Assembly (NCBI GenBank): GCA_964616355.1
Contig: CAZTUO010000001.1
Span: 23,102 to 49,860 of the forward strand
Direction: 5' to 3'
DNA: 26,759 nucleotides
Origin: an uncultured Nitrospira sp.
GTDB taxonomy: Bacteria; Nitrospirota; Nitrospiria; Nitrospirales; Nitrospiraceae
How positions within the stretch are numbered: position 1 is the stretch's first letter; every line of letters starts with the position of its first letter. Below the pieces are notes generated by a model. That model was not told the origin of the DNA and ran no database searches. It was given only the letters and a program-made list of their open reading frames with translations. Both the position numbers and the translations under genes were made by a program. Below are positions 1 to 8,681 of this stretch, one piece after another.

Positions 1-795
1 GACGGCCTCCTGCACGTCTCCGAGATGTCCTGGACGCACGAAGTCCGCCATCCGTCGCGACTGGTCTCGGTGGGGGACCAGGTGGAGGCGCAGGTCCTGA
101 ACGTGGATCCGAACAACCGCAAGATTTCCCTGGGCATGAAGCAGACGGCGCCGAACCCCTGGGATACGGTCGAAGCGAAGTATCCGCCCGGCACTCGCAT
201 CGAGGGCAAAGTGAAGAGCCTGACCGACTTCGGCGCCTTCATCGGGTTGGACGAGGGGATTGACGGGCTCATTCACATCTCCGACATGTCCTGGACCAAG
301 CACATCAAGCACCCCTCGGAGCTGTTCAAGAAGGGGCAGAAGGTCGAGGCGGTGGTCCTCCGCATTGACAAGGAGAAGGAACGGCTGTCCCTCGGGTACA
401 AGCAGCTCATGCGGGACCCCTGGGAGGACTTGATTCCACAGCGGTACCGCGTCGGCGAGGAGACTGTCGGCAAGGTCATGAAGATCACCGACTTCGGGGT
501 CTTCGTCGAGCTGGAGGGCGGCGTGGAAGGGCTCATTCATATCAGCGAGACCGGCCTCGAGCCGCACACCCGCCTGGAAGAGAAGTTCAAGCTGCAGGAC
601 GAAGTCCATGCCAAGATCATCAAGGTGGACCGCGAGGAGCGCAAGATCGCGCTGAGCCTCCGCGAGTACCAGATGGACTCCCAGCGCAAGCAGGTGGAGG
701 AGTTCCACGCGACTCAGGGGGCCCTGGATCAGAGCCTGGGCCGGGCGGCGAAGAAGACCAAGCGGCGCGGCGACGCGGAGTCCGAGGAGTCCTAG
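1..795 (+). CDS. rpsA: 30S ribosomal protein S1, 5'-truncated by the window edge
   Basis: Frame is open from base 1 (DGLLHVSEMSW). It contains successive S1 repeats (GKVKSLTDFGAFIGL..GIDGLIHISDMSW; GKVMKITDFGVFVELEGGVEGLIHISE). Stop TAG at 793-795. Confidence 0.97.
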   Translation, partial: DGLLHVSEMSWTHEVRHPSRLVSVGDQVEAQVLNVDPNNRKISLGMKQTAPNPWDTVEAKYPPGTRIEGKVKSLTDFGAFIGLDEGIDGLIHISDMSWTKHIKHPSELFKKGQKVEAVVLRIDKEKERLSLGYKQLMRDPWEDLIPQRYRVGEETVGKVMKITDFGVFVELEGGVEGLIHISETGLEPHTRLEEKFKLQDEVHAKIIKVDREERKIALSLREYQMDSQRKQVEEFHATQGALDQSLGRAAKKTKRRGDAESEES

Positions 796-820
796 AATCG
801 GGGAGCGGGACGGGAAGCCC

Positions 821-1717
821 ATGAGCGAGGATGCATCGGAGAAGGGGCGGCGGCGACGGCCGTGGCGGTTCATTCTGTGGACCCTCGTGATCGGATTGGC
901 GTTGGTCTATCTGGTCAGCGCCGTCTTTCCCGATCTGGACCTCACCCCGGGCGATCGCGTCGCGTTGATCCGGGTGGAAGGCGTGATCCTGGATGCTGAG
1001 CAGACGGTGGGCGACCTGAAGCGGTTCGCGGACAGCCCCTCCGTCAAGGCCATCGTGCTGCGGATTGACAGCCCCGGTGGAGGCGTCGTGCCATCCCAGG
1101 AGATCCACGAGGCGGTTAAGCGGGTCCGGGCGAAGCACAACAAGGTCGTGGTGGCCTCGATGGGCACCGTCGCCGCGTCCGGGGGGTACTACATCGCGGT
1201 CGCGACCGACCACATCGTCGCGAACCCCGGGACATTGACGGGGAGCATCGGGGTCATCATGGAGCTGGCCAACCTGGAAGGCCTGCTCCAGAAGATTGGC
1301 GTGGAGAGCGTGGTCGTCAAGAGCGGGCCGCACAAGGACCTCGGGTCGCCCTTCCGAAAGATGAGCGAGGACGAGCGGCAGATCCTGCAGTCGGTGCTGG
1401 ACGATGTTCACAGGCAGTTCATCGAAGCGGTTGCGGAGGGGCGCGAGCTCGATATCGCCAAGGTGCGCCCCCTGGCTGATGGGCGCATCTTCACGGGGCG
1501 CCAGGCGAAGGAAGCCAACCTGGTTGACGACTTGGGCGATCTGGACGAGGCCATCCGGGTGGCAGCGGATCTGGGCGGGATCGAAGGGGAGCCCAAGGTG
1601 GTCGAGCCGCGGCGCCGATTCTCGATCCGGGATCTCTTGGAGAGCAGGCTCTTCGGCCCGCTCCACCGGCTGAATTTCCAAACAGGGGTGAGTCTGAAAT
1701 ACCTCATGGCGTTCTGA
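821..1717 (+). CDS. sppA: Signal peptide peptidase SppA (S49, short form)
   Basis: N-terminal TM helix, LRIDSPGG, AASGGYY (catalytic Ser region), GSIGV, KSGPHKD, DGRIFTG. Confidence 0.95.
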   Translation: MSEDASEKGRRRRPWRFILWTLVIGLALVYLVSAVFPDLDLTPGDRVALIRVEGVILDAEQTVGDLKRFADSPSVKAIVLRIDSPGGGVVPSQEIHEAVKRVRAKHNKVVVASMGTVAASGGYYIAVATDHIVANPGTLTGSIGVIMELANLEGLLQKIGVESVVVKSGPHKDLGSPFRKMSEDERQILQSVLDDVHRQFIEAVAEGRELDIAKVRPLADGRIFTGRQAKEANLVDDLGDLDEAIRVAADLGGIEGEPKVVEPRRRFSIRDLLESRLFGPLHRLNFQTGVSLKYLMAF

Positions 1718-1795
1718 AGCCGGCCTAGTCGAGCCTGCACCGGAGCGAGACCTGGCGCCACCCCCAGCGCTCGGCTGGGCAAGGAGGAAGAAGGG

Positions 1796-2074
1796 ATGAC
1801 GAAAGCACAGATCATCGAACGTGTTGCGGAGCAGGTCACGACGCTCACGAAGCGACAGGCAGAGGTCGTCGTCAATACGATCTTCAACTCTATCCGCAAC
1901 TCCCTGCAAAAGGGGGACAAGACTGAGATCCGGGGATTTGGCAGCTTCCGGCTGCGCTCCCGCCGCATGAAGGAGGGCCGCAATCCCAAAACCGGCGCCA
2001 CCGTGAGCGTGCCCGCCAAGAAGGTGCCCTTCTTCAAAGCGGGCAAGGAGTTGAAGGAACTGCTCAACAAATAG
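1796..2074 (+). CDS. ihfB: IHF/HU family DNA-binding protein, most likely IHF beta
   Basis: EIRGFGSF, GRNPKTG and PFFKAGKELKE motifs; AAGGAGG SD upstream. The rpsA-sppA-ihfB neighbourhood favours IHF beta over HU. Confidence 0.85.
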   Translation: MTKAQIIERVAEQVTTLTKRQAEVVVNTIFNSIRNSLQKGDKTEIRGFGSFRLRSRRMKEGRNPKTGATVSVPAKKVPFFKAGKELKELLNK

Positions 2075-2098
2075 GCTCGGGTACCGGGGAGCCATCCC

Positions 2099-3091
2099 AT
2101 GGGGATGTTTGATCGGAACGAGGAGCCCGCCGTTGCCGCCGTGACTTGGACCGAAGGTGCACTGAAGCGCATGGAGCGCGCCCCCGCGTTCCTGCGTGGA
2201 ATGGTCAAGCGGCTTGCCGAGAAGAAGGCGCGCGAGCTGGGGTACGCGGAGATTACGGAGGAGATCCTCGACCAGTTCAAGAGCCAGATGATGGGCCGCA
2301 TGGGTGGCGAGGCCGGCCTGACCGCCGCGGCGGACCAGATGGCTAGGGGCCAACTCCCCTGGACAGCTGCCGCCCGGGAGCGGCTCGAGACAGTGCCGGA
2401 GTTCATGCGCGGCATGATCAAGCAAATCGCCGAAGAGCTGGCGCTCAAGGACGGCCACTTGGAAGTCAACGTCGAGCTCTTCGAAAAGGTCGAGGCGCTG
2501 GGCGATCTCCAGGAGCGTCCTGGCCCGCCGATGGAGTGGACCGACGAGGCCCGGGCCTTGCTCCAGAACAAGGTGCGGGAGGCTCCACCGATCGCGATGG
2601 AGTTTGTCCTCGACATGCTGCAACGGGACACAGAGGATCTGGCGCGGGAGCGGGGGCTCAGCCGCATCGATGAGGCCGCGTTCCGCGCTGTCTGGGAGGC
2701 CCCCCAAGAGCGGATCACGTGGACTGACGAAGCCTGGAAGCGACTCCAGACCTCTCCGGATTTTGTGCGCAGCGGGATCCGCAAGGCCGCCGAGCGCCGG
2801 GCCAGAAAAATGGGGCTCAAGGAGATTGACTCCGAGCACCTCACGCAGTTCCGGAACGAAGCGATGATGAAGGCGGTCAAACGGATCCGGAGCTTCGGGT
2901 ACCGGGAGCTGACCTTCGACGCGTTCGAAGACGCCATGGCGAAGGTCAAACGGCTTCAGGGCAACGAGCAGGCCGAGAAACGCCTGGCGGAGATCCGCGA
3001 ATACATGAAAAAGAAACCGGGGGTGGGCGTGCTTGGCGAAGAGCTCATGGAGCGGTTCCGCAAGTATCTGCGAGGCGAAGGGCCGCTGTAG
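2099..3091 (+). CDS. Protein of four tandem PCP_red-like (BchB/ChlB C-terminal type) helical domains, function unknown
   Basis: Four repeats start WTEGA, WTAAA, WTDEA, WTDEA. Repeats 1, 2 and 4 continue P-x-F-[LMV]-R-x-x-[VI]-[KR]..[AT]E..A...G...[IV]; repeat 3 is divergent. Family call is from pattern recall. Confidence 0.75.
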   Translation: MGMFDRNEEPAVAAVTWTEGALKRMERAPAFLRGMVKRLAEKKARELGYAEITEEILDQFKSQMMGRMGGEAGLTAAADQMARGQLPWTAAARERLETVPEFMRGMIKQIAEELALKDGHLEVNVELFEKVEALGDLQERPGPPMEWTDEARALLQNKVREAPPIAMEFVLDMLQRDTEDLARERGLSRIDEAAFRAVWEAPQERITWTDEAWKRLQTSPDFVRSGIRKAAERRARKMGLKEIDSEHLTQFRNEAMMKAVKRIRSFGYRELTFDAFEDAMAKVKRLQGNEQAEKRLAEIREYMKKKPGVGVLGEELMERFRKYLRGEGPL

Positions 3092-3105
3092 GGCCCAGCC
3101 ACCAG

Positions 3106-3780
3106 GTGAAGACGCTTGCCTTCCTCCTGCTGCTCCTGCTCCTCTCCCTCGCTGGCTGCGCCGCAGGGCTCAAGCGGGACGGACGTTGCCTGGCCAGCCT
3201 GACCCCGGAGTTCCTATCGGCACGCCAAGAGCTGGATGAGCTGGAGGCGGCCTGGCGCGCGGCGGAGCGGGCCCTGGATCGGAACGAGGCTGCCAAGGGG
3301 CCGGGTCCTGGAGACGGCACGCTCCGGCCCGCCCACGGGAGCGATTCGTTCACCGGTGCCGAGACTCCCTCCGCGGAGGCTCGCCGGGCCATGCAGGAGG
3401 CCTACCGTCGCTGGGTCGAGGCGAAAGCCCGGCACCGGACGACGCTGGCCTGGTACGAACGCGTCTACGACCGGGTCCGCACGAGACAGGAAGAGGAAGA
3501 GATCCTGTCGCAGGCTCGCGTGGTGTTGATCACGGGCCCGGGGCTTCTGCTTTACCCCGTCATCTACTGGAACGTCCATCACGTCTTCTGGGACGGACAA
3601 GACCCGGATGCAGCATCGGATGGCGTCACACAGTTCTGCGAGGGTCGTTTGGCGGCGGGGCTGGGCGACGGGGAGCTGCCCGGGACGGCGAACCTGGCCG
3701 TGGCGAAAGAACGGGGAGCAGACGCAGGTGCGGGAACAGCCGCGCAGCAGGAGAAAAGTGGTGGAGGGACATCTCCCTAG
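3106..3780 (+). CDS. Hypothetical lipoprotein
   Basis: GTG start 15 nt after the upstream stop; MKT + poly-Leu + LAGC lipobox; helical/coiled-coil middle and one hydrophobic segment (VVLITGPGLLLYPVIYW). Confidence 0.7.
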   Translation: MKTLAFLLLLLLLSLAGCAAGLKRDGRCLASLTPEFLSARQELDELEAAWRAAERALDRNEAAKGPGPGDGTLRPAHGSDSFTGAETPSAEARRAMQEAYRRWVEAKARHRTTLAWYERVYDRVRTRQEEEEILSQARVVLITGPGLLLYPVIYWNVHHVFWDGQDPDAASDGVTQFCEGRLAAGLGDGELPGTANLAVAKERGADAGAGTAAQQEKSGGGTSP

Positions 3781-3976
3781 GAGGATGAGGAGACGTCAGT
3801 TACTTTGGGGCACAACCAAAGCACACACCTCCACCGCTTCACTAAATCACGGCAGTCCTCCTTTGTGCAAGCGAGGGCAGGCCCGTCGCCGTGGAAGTGA
3901 ATCACCGTGATTTTTCGCGATGTTCCAATGAGACGCCGCCTCGGCTCTTTCCTGCCGGAGACGGCGTCCGCGAGGC

Positions 3977-4297
3977 TTACTTCGACAAGGTCTGCTTCGG
4001 CCAAAATTTGTGTCGAATCTGGGGCAGGGGGGCGTTCTCGAAGTTGGGGATGTCGTAGAGGCACCGGTCAATCGTCTGAATCTCTTCCTCCGTCAGCTCC
4101 AAGACGACTTTCTTCTTCCAGAACTGATCGAGCACGTAATAGTCGGCGGTCTGCGGCTTTTCGGCGAGCAGCGCCTGCATGGCCTTGAAGCCCTCGGTGT
4201 CGGTGCCTGGGATCCGCCCCTTGTTCTTGTCCAGGCACCATTTCAAGACCTCCGCGATCCCATACATGGTCAGCTCGATCTTCACCTTTTCGGCCAT
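3977..4297 (-). CDS. Hypothetical protein, 106 aa (MAEKVKIELTMYG...)
   Basis: C-terminal part of track ORF 3977..5665. ATG at 4297 is preceded by GAAGGAGGGA, and the composition is globular-like, unlike the upstream antisense part. Confidence 0.8.
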   Translation of the reverse strand: MAEKVKIELTMYGIAEVLKWCLDKNKGRIPGTDTEGFKAMQALLAEKPQTADYYVLDQFWKKKVVLELTEEEIQTIDRCLYDIPNFENAPLPQIRHKFWPKQTLSK

Positions 4298-4389
4298 TGG
4301 TCCCTCCTTCGCGTGGGTGCTTATTCTACCGTACCGCTGCGCCGGACTGCCAGAGGCAAGACCGGGGCGGCCCCGGTGAGCCCGGGCGA

Positions 4390-4420
4390 TTGCGAAAGCG
4401 CGCCGCGCCTCTGGTATACT
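4390..4420 (+). promoter_or_regulatory. Putative sigma70 promoter for the FG-GAP gene
   Basis: TTGCGA (4390-4395), 19 nt, TATACT (4415-4420) with an extended -10 TGn. Confidence 0.45.
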
Positions 4421-4513
4421 ACGTTCCTTGGCCGGGATGCGACGAATGACATGCCTGCACGACCTCGCACCGTGCGATGCACGGCGCTCCCGAACATCTG
4501 CCGGGTAGGGACG

Positions 4514-5710
4514 GTGAACGCGCAGGGGTGCCCGAGGCGTCCCTGGGCCGGCGCCGGAAGCGCATTGCTCGCGGCCGCCGCGCTCGCCTGTGCCTTCGGC
4601 GGATGCTCGCAGAAAGACCCCTACCAGCCACCCGATCTCCTCTATCTGTTCGCCAGCTACCCCGTGGGGAAGAATCCCACCTCTGTCACGACCGCGGACC
4701 TCAATGGGGACGAGTTCACCGATCTGGTGACCACGAACATCGGCAACAATACGTTGTCGGTCCTGTTCGGCAACGGCGATGGCACGTTTCGAGAGCAGAT
4801 TGCCATCGAGGCGGGCAAAGAGCCGCGCGCGCTTGCCTTGGAAGACTACAACGCCGATGGATTCACCGACGCGGCCGTGGCGTGTTCCGGCAGTGACCAG
4901 GTCGCAGTCTTTTTCGGAGTCCAGGGGGGCACGTTTCGGGTCGGGCACCGATACTCCGTCCACCGTACCCCCGTCTCGATTGCGGCGGGCGATGTCAACG
5001 GGGACGGGAAAGCGGATCTCGTGGTCGCGTTGCGAAACGATAAGGTCCGCGTGCTTCTCGGGAACGGCGACGGGACCTTTCGCGAGGGGCCCCAGTACGA
5101 GTTCGGCGATACGCCAACGTCTCTGGCGGTCGGCGATCTGAATCGGGATGGCAAACTCGACATCGCCGTAACCAACGGCGGACCCATGAGCAGCGCGGTG
5201 TCCATCTGGCTCGGCCGGGGTGACGGGACGTTCCAGGGGCCGACCGACTATCGAACTGGGAAGCGCCCGCTGAACGTGGCTTTCGCTGATTTCAACAACG
5301 ACCAACTGACCGACTTGCTCGTGATCAACGGGGAGCGGGATACGTTCACCGTGTTCCTGGGAAAAGGCGACGGGACGTTCCAGGAAGGAAAGGAGTCCGG
5401 CGCCGATGCGGGGCCGGTCTTCGGCGTCGCCCGGGATTTCAACGGGGACCGTCTGACCGATGTGGCCATCGCCAACATCCAGTCGAACAACCTCTCGATC
5501 CTGTACGGCCGTGGAGATGGGACGTTTCGCTACCCTCCGATCAACTACCGGACCAAGGCCGGTCCCTTCGCCATGGCCACGCTCCACCTCCGGACGAATG
5601 ACAGGAGCGAGCCGGGTCTGGCGGTCGCCGACAACGGCAGCGGGAGCGTCACGATTTTTCTCCATCGGGGGATCAAAGCGCCAACAGGTGGGCCGCCTTC
5701 CTCGTCGTAA
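4514..5710 (+). CDS. FG-GAP/VCBS repeat beta-propeller lipoprotein
   Basis: Six clear D-[LFVY]-N-x-D-x-x-x-D repeats spaced about 55 aa, each followed by GxGDGTF-like motifs, plus a degenerate seventh. Signal LLAAAALACAFGGC. GTG start at 4514 is inferred. Confidence 0.85.
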   Translation: MNAQGCPRRPWAGAGSALLAAAALACAFGGCSQKDPYQPPDLLYLFASYPVGKNPTSVTTADLNGDEFTDLVTTNIGNNTLSVLFGNGDGTFREQIAIEAGKEPRALALEDYNADGFTDAAVACSGSDQVAVFFGVQGGTFRVGHRYSVHRTPVSIAAGDVNGDGKADLVVALRNDKVRVLLGNGDGTFREGPQYEFGDTPTSLAVGDLNRDGKLDIAVTNGGPMSSAVSIWLGRGDGTFQGPTDYRTGKRPLNVAFADFNNDQLTDLLVINGERDTFTVFLGKGDGTFQEGKESGADAGPVFGVARDFNGDRLTDVAIANIQSNNLSILYGRGDGTFRYPPINYRTKAGPFAMATLHLRTNDRSEPGLAVADNGSGSVTIFLHRGIKAPTGGPPSSS

Positions 5711-5726
5711 TCGGGCCGCTCGTTTC

Positions 5727-5755
5727 TTGACAGCCCTTCATCTCTGGGCTAGAGT
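5727..5755 (+). promoter_or_regulatory. Putative sigma70 promoter
   Basis: TTGACA (5727-5732), 17 nt, TAGAGT (5750-5755). Confidence 0.6.
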
Positions 5756-5817
5756 GGCCGATATCTTCATCAAGCCCTGCCGCAGGCGATGGTTGCTGCT
5801 TCAAAGGACCAGTAAGT

Positions 5818-6018
5818 GTGAGGACATTCCTCTGGTGGTTCGGCATCGGGTCGCTCACCACCCTCTCGGTGCTGATGGTACAGGGCGGTGTCCGCGACCT
5901 GATCTACGCCAGTCATCCGGCGGGGAGCGCCCAGGCCCTGCTCACCTTCACTATCACCATCGCGGGCGGAGGGCTGCTCGCCGGGTGCCTGGCGCTGATT
6001 ATGAATCGGCTCAGGTGA
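5818..6018 (+). CDS. Small membrane protein, 66 aa with two TM helices
   Basis: Two hydrophobic stretches; lies downstream of a good promoter and fills an otherwise empty interval. Confidence 0.6.
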   Translation: MRTFLWWFGIGSLTTLSVLMVQGGVRDLIYASHPAGSAQALLTFTITIAGGGLLAGCLALIMNRLR

Positions 6019-6033
6019 CGGCGCACAAATGGC

Positions 6034-6063
6034 TTGACAGCGGCGCGAGCGAAGGAGTAGAAG
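6034..6063 (+). promoter_or_regulatory. Possible sigma70 promoter
   Basis: TTGACA (6034-6039), 18 nt, TAGAAG (6058-6063); the -10 lacks the final T. Confidence 0.35.
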
Positions 6064-6124
6064 CCTCCCTGGTTCGGGCCGCGCAGGAAGGACCACGAAC
6101 GGTCGCTGCAGAGATGGGGCGGGC

Positions 6125-6313
6125 ATGCATTGTTTGAAATGCCAAGGCTTCATGATGGTGGAGCGGCACTACACGCTCGTGAACCGGCGGCTCTACGCCC
6201 GTTGCCTCAACTGTGGCTTTTGGCTGGATCTCGCGGATCTGCTCAGGTTCTTTCACAGGGTGATTGATAGTGGAGTCCGGGGCGCCAAGGTCCGTGAAAC
6301 GCTCACGCTCTGA
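6125..6313 (+). CDS. Small zinc-ribbon-like protein, 62 aa
   Basis: MHCLKCQG...RCLNCG gives two CxxC pairs; GGGG-type SD upstream. Confidence 0.7.
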   Translation: MHCLKCQGFMMVERHYTLVNRRLYARCLNCGFWLDLADLLRFFHRVIDSGVRGAKVRETLTL

Positions 6314-7253
6314 CCGCCGTCCGGCGGCCTCCTCGTCGTGCGGTCCGCTTGGGCGGCTCCGCCGGCCCACCGGCTGGCGCGGCAGGAGCGCCGTCGCGTT
6401 GGGTCTGTTCGCCTGCCTCCTGGCCGCCGGCCTGGGCTGGTCTTCGCTCGCCCAGGCGGAGCCGCAGCCCCCCGTGAAGCCGCCCGTCCACAAGGTGTTG
6501 GGCCCTCGGGCTTGGGCCCACGGTATCCTGCTTAAAGATCTCAGGACCGGCCGAACGATCTACGAATTCATGGCTGATCGGCGCCTTTCCCCCGCCAGCC
6601 TCACCAAGATCATGTCAGCTCTGGTCATCCTGGAAGAAGGCCATTTGCACGACTACGTCACGGTGAGCCGGAAGGCGGTGGCCGCGCCCAAGATCCGCCT
6701 GGGGCTACGAGCCGGGCAGGTGTTCCACCTGGAGGATCTCCTCAAGGCGATGCTCATCACCTCCGCGAACGACGCCTGCCTGGCTGCCGCGGAGCATGTC
6801 GGTGGCTCAGAGGAGGGCTTCGTCGCATTGATGAACCGGAAGGCGGCGGCGATGGGGCTCCAGGACACGCACTTCAGCAACGCGTGCGGATTCGATGCCA
6901 CTACCCATTATTCAACTGCGGCCGACCTGGCCAAGCTCACCGAGATCGCCCTGCAGGATCCTGTCTTCCGAGCCTTTGTCCGCGAGAAGTACGAGGTGAT
7001 CAGCGCCGTCAACGCCAACCGGTCGTACCTCCTCCGGAACACCAACCGCCTGCTCGGCGCTGTGCCCGGCGTCGAGGGCGTCAAGACCGGCTTTACCTCT
7101 CAAGCCGGGCGGTGCCTTGTCGCCAAGGTCTCACAGGACGGGAAGGAACTGCTGCTGGTGCTTCTCCACGCCAATCGTCGCTGGAATTCGGCGATGCACC
7201 TCATCAACTACGGCTTGCAGACCCTCGACCAGACCGCCAACGTCATGCGGTAA
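6264..7253 (+). CDS. dacA: D-alanyl-D-alanine carboxypeptidase (peptidase S11); start uncertain and possibly further downstream
   Basis: SxxK (PASLTKIM), SxN (SAN), H-F-x-N-x-x-G, KTG (VKTGFT); signal peptide ending LAQA. Confidence 0.9.
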   Translation: MIVESGAPRSVKRSRSDRRPAASSSCGPLGRLRRPTGWRGRSAVALGLFACLLAAGLGWSSLAQAEPQPPVKPPVHKVLGPRAWAHGILLKDLRTGRTIYEFMADRRLSPASLTKIMSALVILEEGHLHDYVTVSRKAVAAPKIRLGLRAGQVFHLEDLLKAMLITSANDACLAAAEHVGGSEEGFVALMNRKAAAMGLQDTHFSNACGFDATTHYSTAADLAKLTEIALQDPVFRAFVREKYEVISAVNANRSYLLRNTNRLLGAVPGVEGVKTGFTSQAGRCLVAKVSQDGKELLLVLLHANRRWNSAMHLINYGLQTLDQTANVMR

Positions 7254-7415
7254 GCGACAGGCGGACGCCTTCGGGCGCCGTGACTGGGGCCGTTGAGCTG
7301 GCGGGCCTCATGCGGAGCGGACCCTGGGTGGCAACCAGGATAGGAACGAGACCGTCGGCCCCGCTGCGCGGTGTCAGCGGCCACTTCTCATCGCGGCTGG
7401 GTGTCGGGCCCACGG

Positions 7416-7955
7416 TCAGTGCGGGAGGGTGAACTCGACGTTGATGTCTTTTCCGAGGTAGTTCACGAGGAAGCCCTGCTTCTCATAGGTCATCGCGGCG
7501 CCCATGACGTTTTCGTCGCCGAAGTCTTCTTTCCCCAGGAGCTTGCGGATTTCCTCGGGACTCTCGCTGTTCAGGACGTTGCGAAAGATCCCGCGTGCCT
7601 TAAAGGCAAAGCGATTATTGATGAAGATGAGGTCCACCTTGCCGTCCATCAACCGCACGCCGGCCATGGGCCCAGTGGGCTTCCGCTGGTCCAGCAACAG
7701 GATGAAAGTCCCTTCCTGCTCCGCCTTAACTCCGGGGATCTTCTCATTCACCAGGACATCGGTGGCCTTGGATTCTGGATCCCCCAGTTTGACGCCGTAC
7801 AGGGAAATCTCGGTGCTCTTGATCGCTTTGGGATCCATCACGTCGTTCTTCGTCAGCTCATACGGCTCGGCTCCGGCTGCGGCGGCCAACCAGCCGGAGA
7901 GCATCAGTGCGGATGCGAAGGATCGCAGCCAGACCCCCCACCGTCGTGCGTGCAT
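7416..7955 (-). CDS. Hypothetical exported protein, 179 aa
   Basis: C-terminal part of track ORF 7416..8642. ATG at 7955 with AGGGAGG SD, signal peptide ending AGA-EP, and a promoter upstream. Confidence 0.8.
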   Translation of the reverse strand: MHARRWGVWLRSFASALMLSGWLAAAAGAEPYELTKNDVMDPKAIKSTEISLYGVKLGDPESKATDVLVNEKIPGVKAEQEGTFILLLDQRKPTGPMAGVRLMDGKVDLIFINNRFAFKARGIFRNVLNSESPEEIRKLLGKEDFGDENVMGAAMTYEKQGFLVNYLGKDINVEFTLPH

Positions 7956-8038
7956 CGGATCCTCCCTAAGCTGGTGGCCGAGCCTCCAGCGCAAGAGCCG
8001 GGACGAGGCCAAAGAAAGTCGGGTAAAAAAACGGCGCC

Positions 8039-8067
8039 ATTGTAGCCGAGGCTGGGTGAAGTTGCAA
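8039..8067 (-). promoter_or_regulatory. Putative sigma70 promoter for the 179-aa gene
   Basis: Minus strand TTGCAA (8067-8062), 17 nt, TACAAT (8044-8039). Confidence 0.65.
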
Positions 8068-8168
8068 GGCAACGGCCGGCGGGGCGCGGGGGGCTCCGTG
8101 CAGACTGCGGGATTGCCGTGAGCGGGCGTCCGCGGGGCGGCACGACGGCCGTATGAAGACAGAGGGCG

Positions 8169-8651
8169 ATGCTGACGATCAGGTCCGCCACGGAGCGGGA
8201 TTTCCCCGATATTCTCAGGATTCAGCGGGACGCCTTTTCCGAGTACGTCAACGTCTACGAGGTCAGCGCGTGGACCACGGAGACGCTGGAAAGCCTGGCG
8301 GCGGACGCGCGGGAGAAGGCCATTCTGGTGGCGACCCTGGACGACACGATCGCGGGCTCGGTCCGGTTCTGGACCGTGGCCGGCGTCTGCGTCATTCGCC
8401 TCCTCTCGGTGGATCCCGTGCGACAGGGCCGCGGGATCGGCAAAGCCCTGCTGCGGGAGGTCGAACGGAGGGCTTCCGGCGCACACAAGCTCTACGCCTG
8501 CACGATGCTGCGGACGGCCCGCAATGTCCACCTCTTCCTGTCCCTGGGCTATGAGCCGGAGACGATCCTCCCCCGACATTATCACAAGCTCGACCTCATC
8601 TGCTTCGCCAAGTACCTCGAGCCGGCCGTGCCGGGGTCGCAAGCCTCCTGA
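8169..8651 (+). CDS. GNAT family N-acetyltransferase
   Basis: IRSATERD N-terminus; motif A LSVDPVRQGRGIGKALL; late FLSLGY motif. Confidence 0.9.
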   Translation: MLTIRSATERDFPDILRIQRDAFSEYVNVYEVSAWTTETLESLAADAREKAILVATLDDTIAGSVRFWTVAGVCVIRLLSVDPVRQGRGIGKALLREVERRASGAHKLYACTMLRTARNVHLFLSLGYEPETILPRHYHKLDLICFAKYLEPAVPGSQAS

Positions 8652-8681
8652 CCGGCCGCCCGTCCAATCGGCAGCGTCACC

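Noticed and set aside
620-2839. 739-aa minus-strand ORF spanning rpsA, sppA, ihfB and the PCP_red gene
   Set aside because: It is antisense to four well-supported genes and has no recognisable motif. Long stop-free antisense frames are expected in high-GC coding DNA.
3781-3976. Identification of this interval as 6S RNA or a c-di-GMP riboswitch
   Set aside because: I could not find the long closing helix and central bubble of 6S or the GEMM consensus, and it is not upstream of a start codon. It is kept only as an unnamed candidate.
4600-5560. Recurring GGCGACGGGAC/AACGGGGAC-like nucleotide repeats resembling a CRISPR or tandem array
   Set aside because: They are the codons of the FG-GAP GDGTF and NGD motifs, in frame and degenerate, with no spacers or cas genes.
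4298-5665. N-terminal 456 aa of track ORF 3977..5665
   Set aside because: Antisense shadow of the FG-GAP gene; only the part from ATG 4297, which has a strong SD, is accepted.
7956-8642. N-terminal extension of track ORF 7416..8642
   Set aside because: Antisense to the GNAT gene and runs across a good promoter; the real start is ATG 7955.
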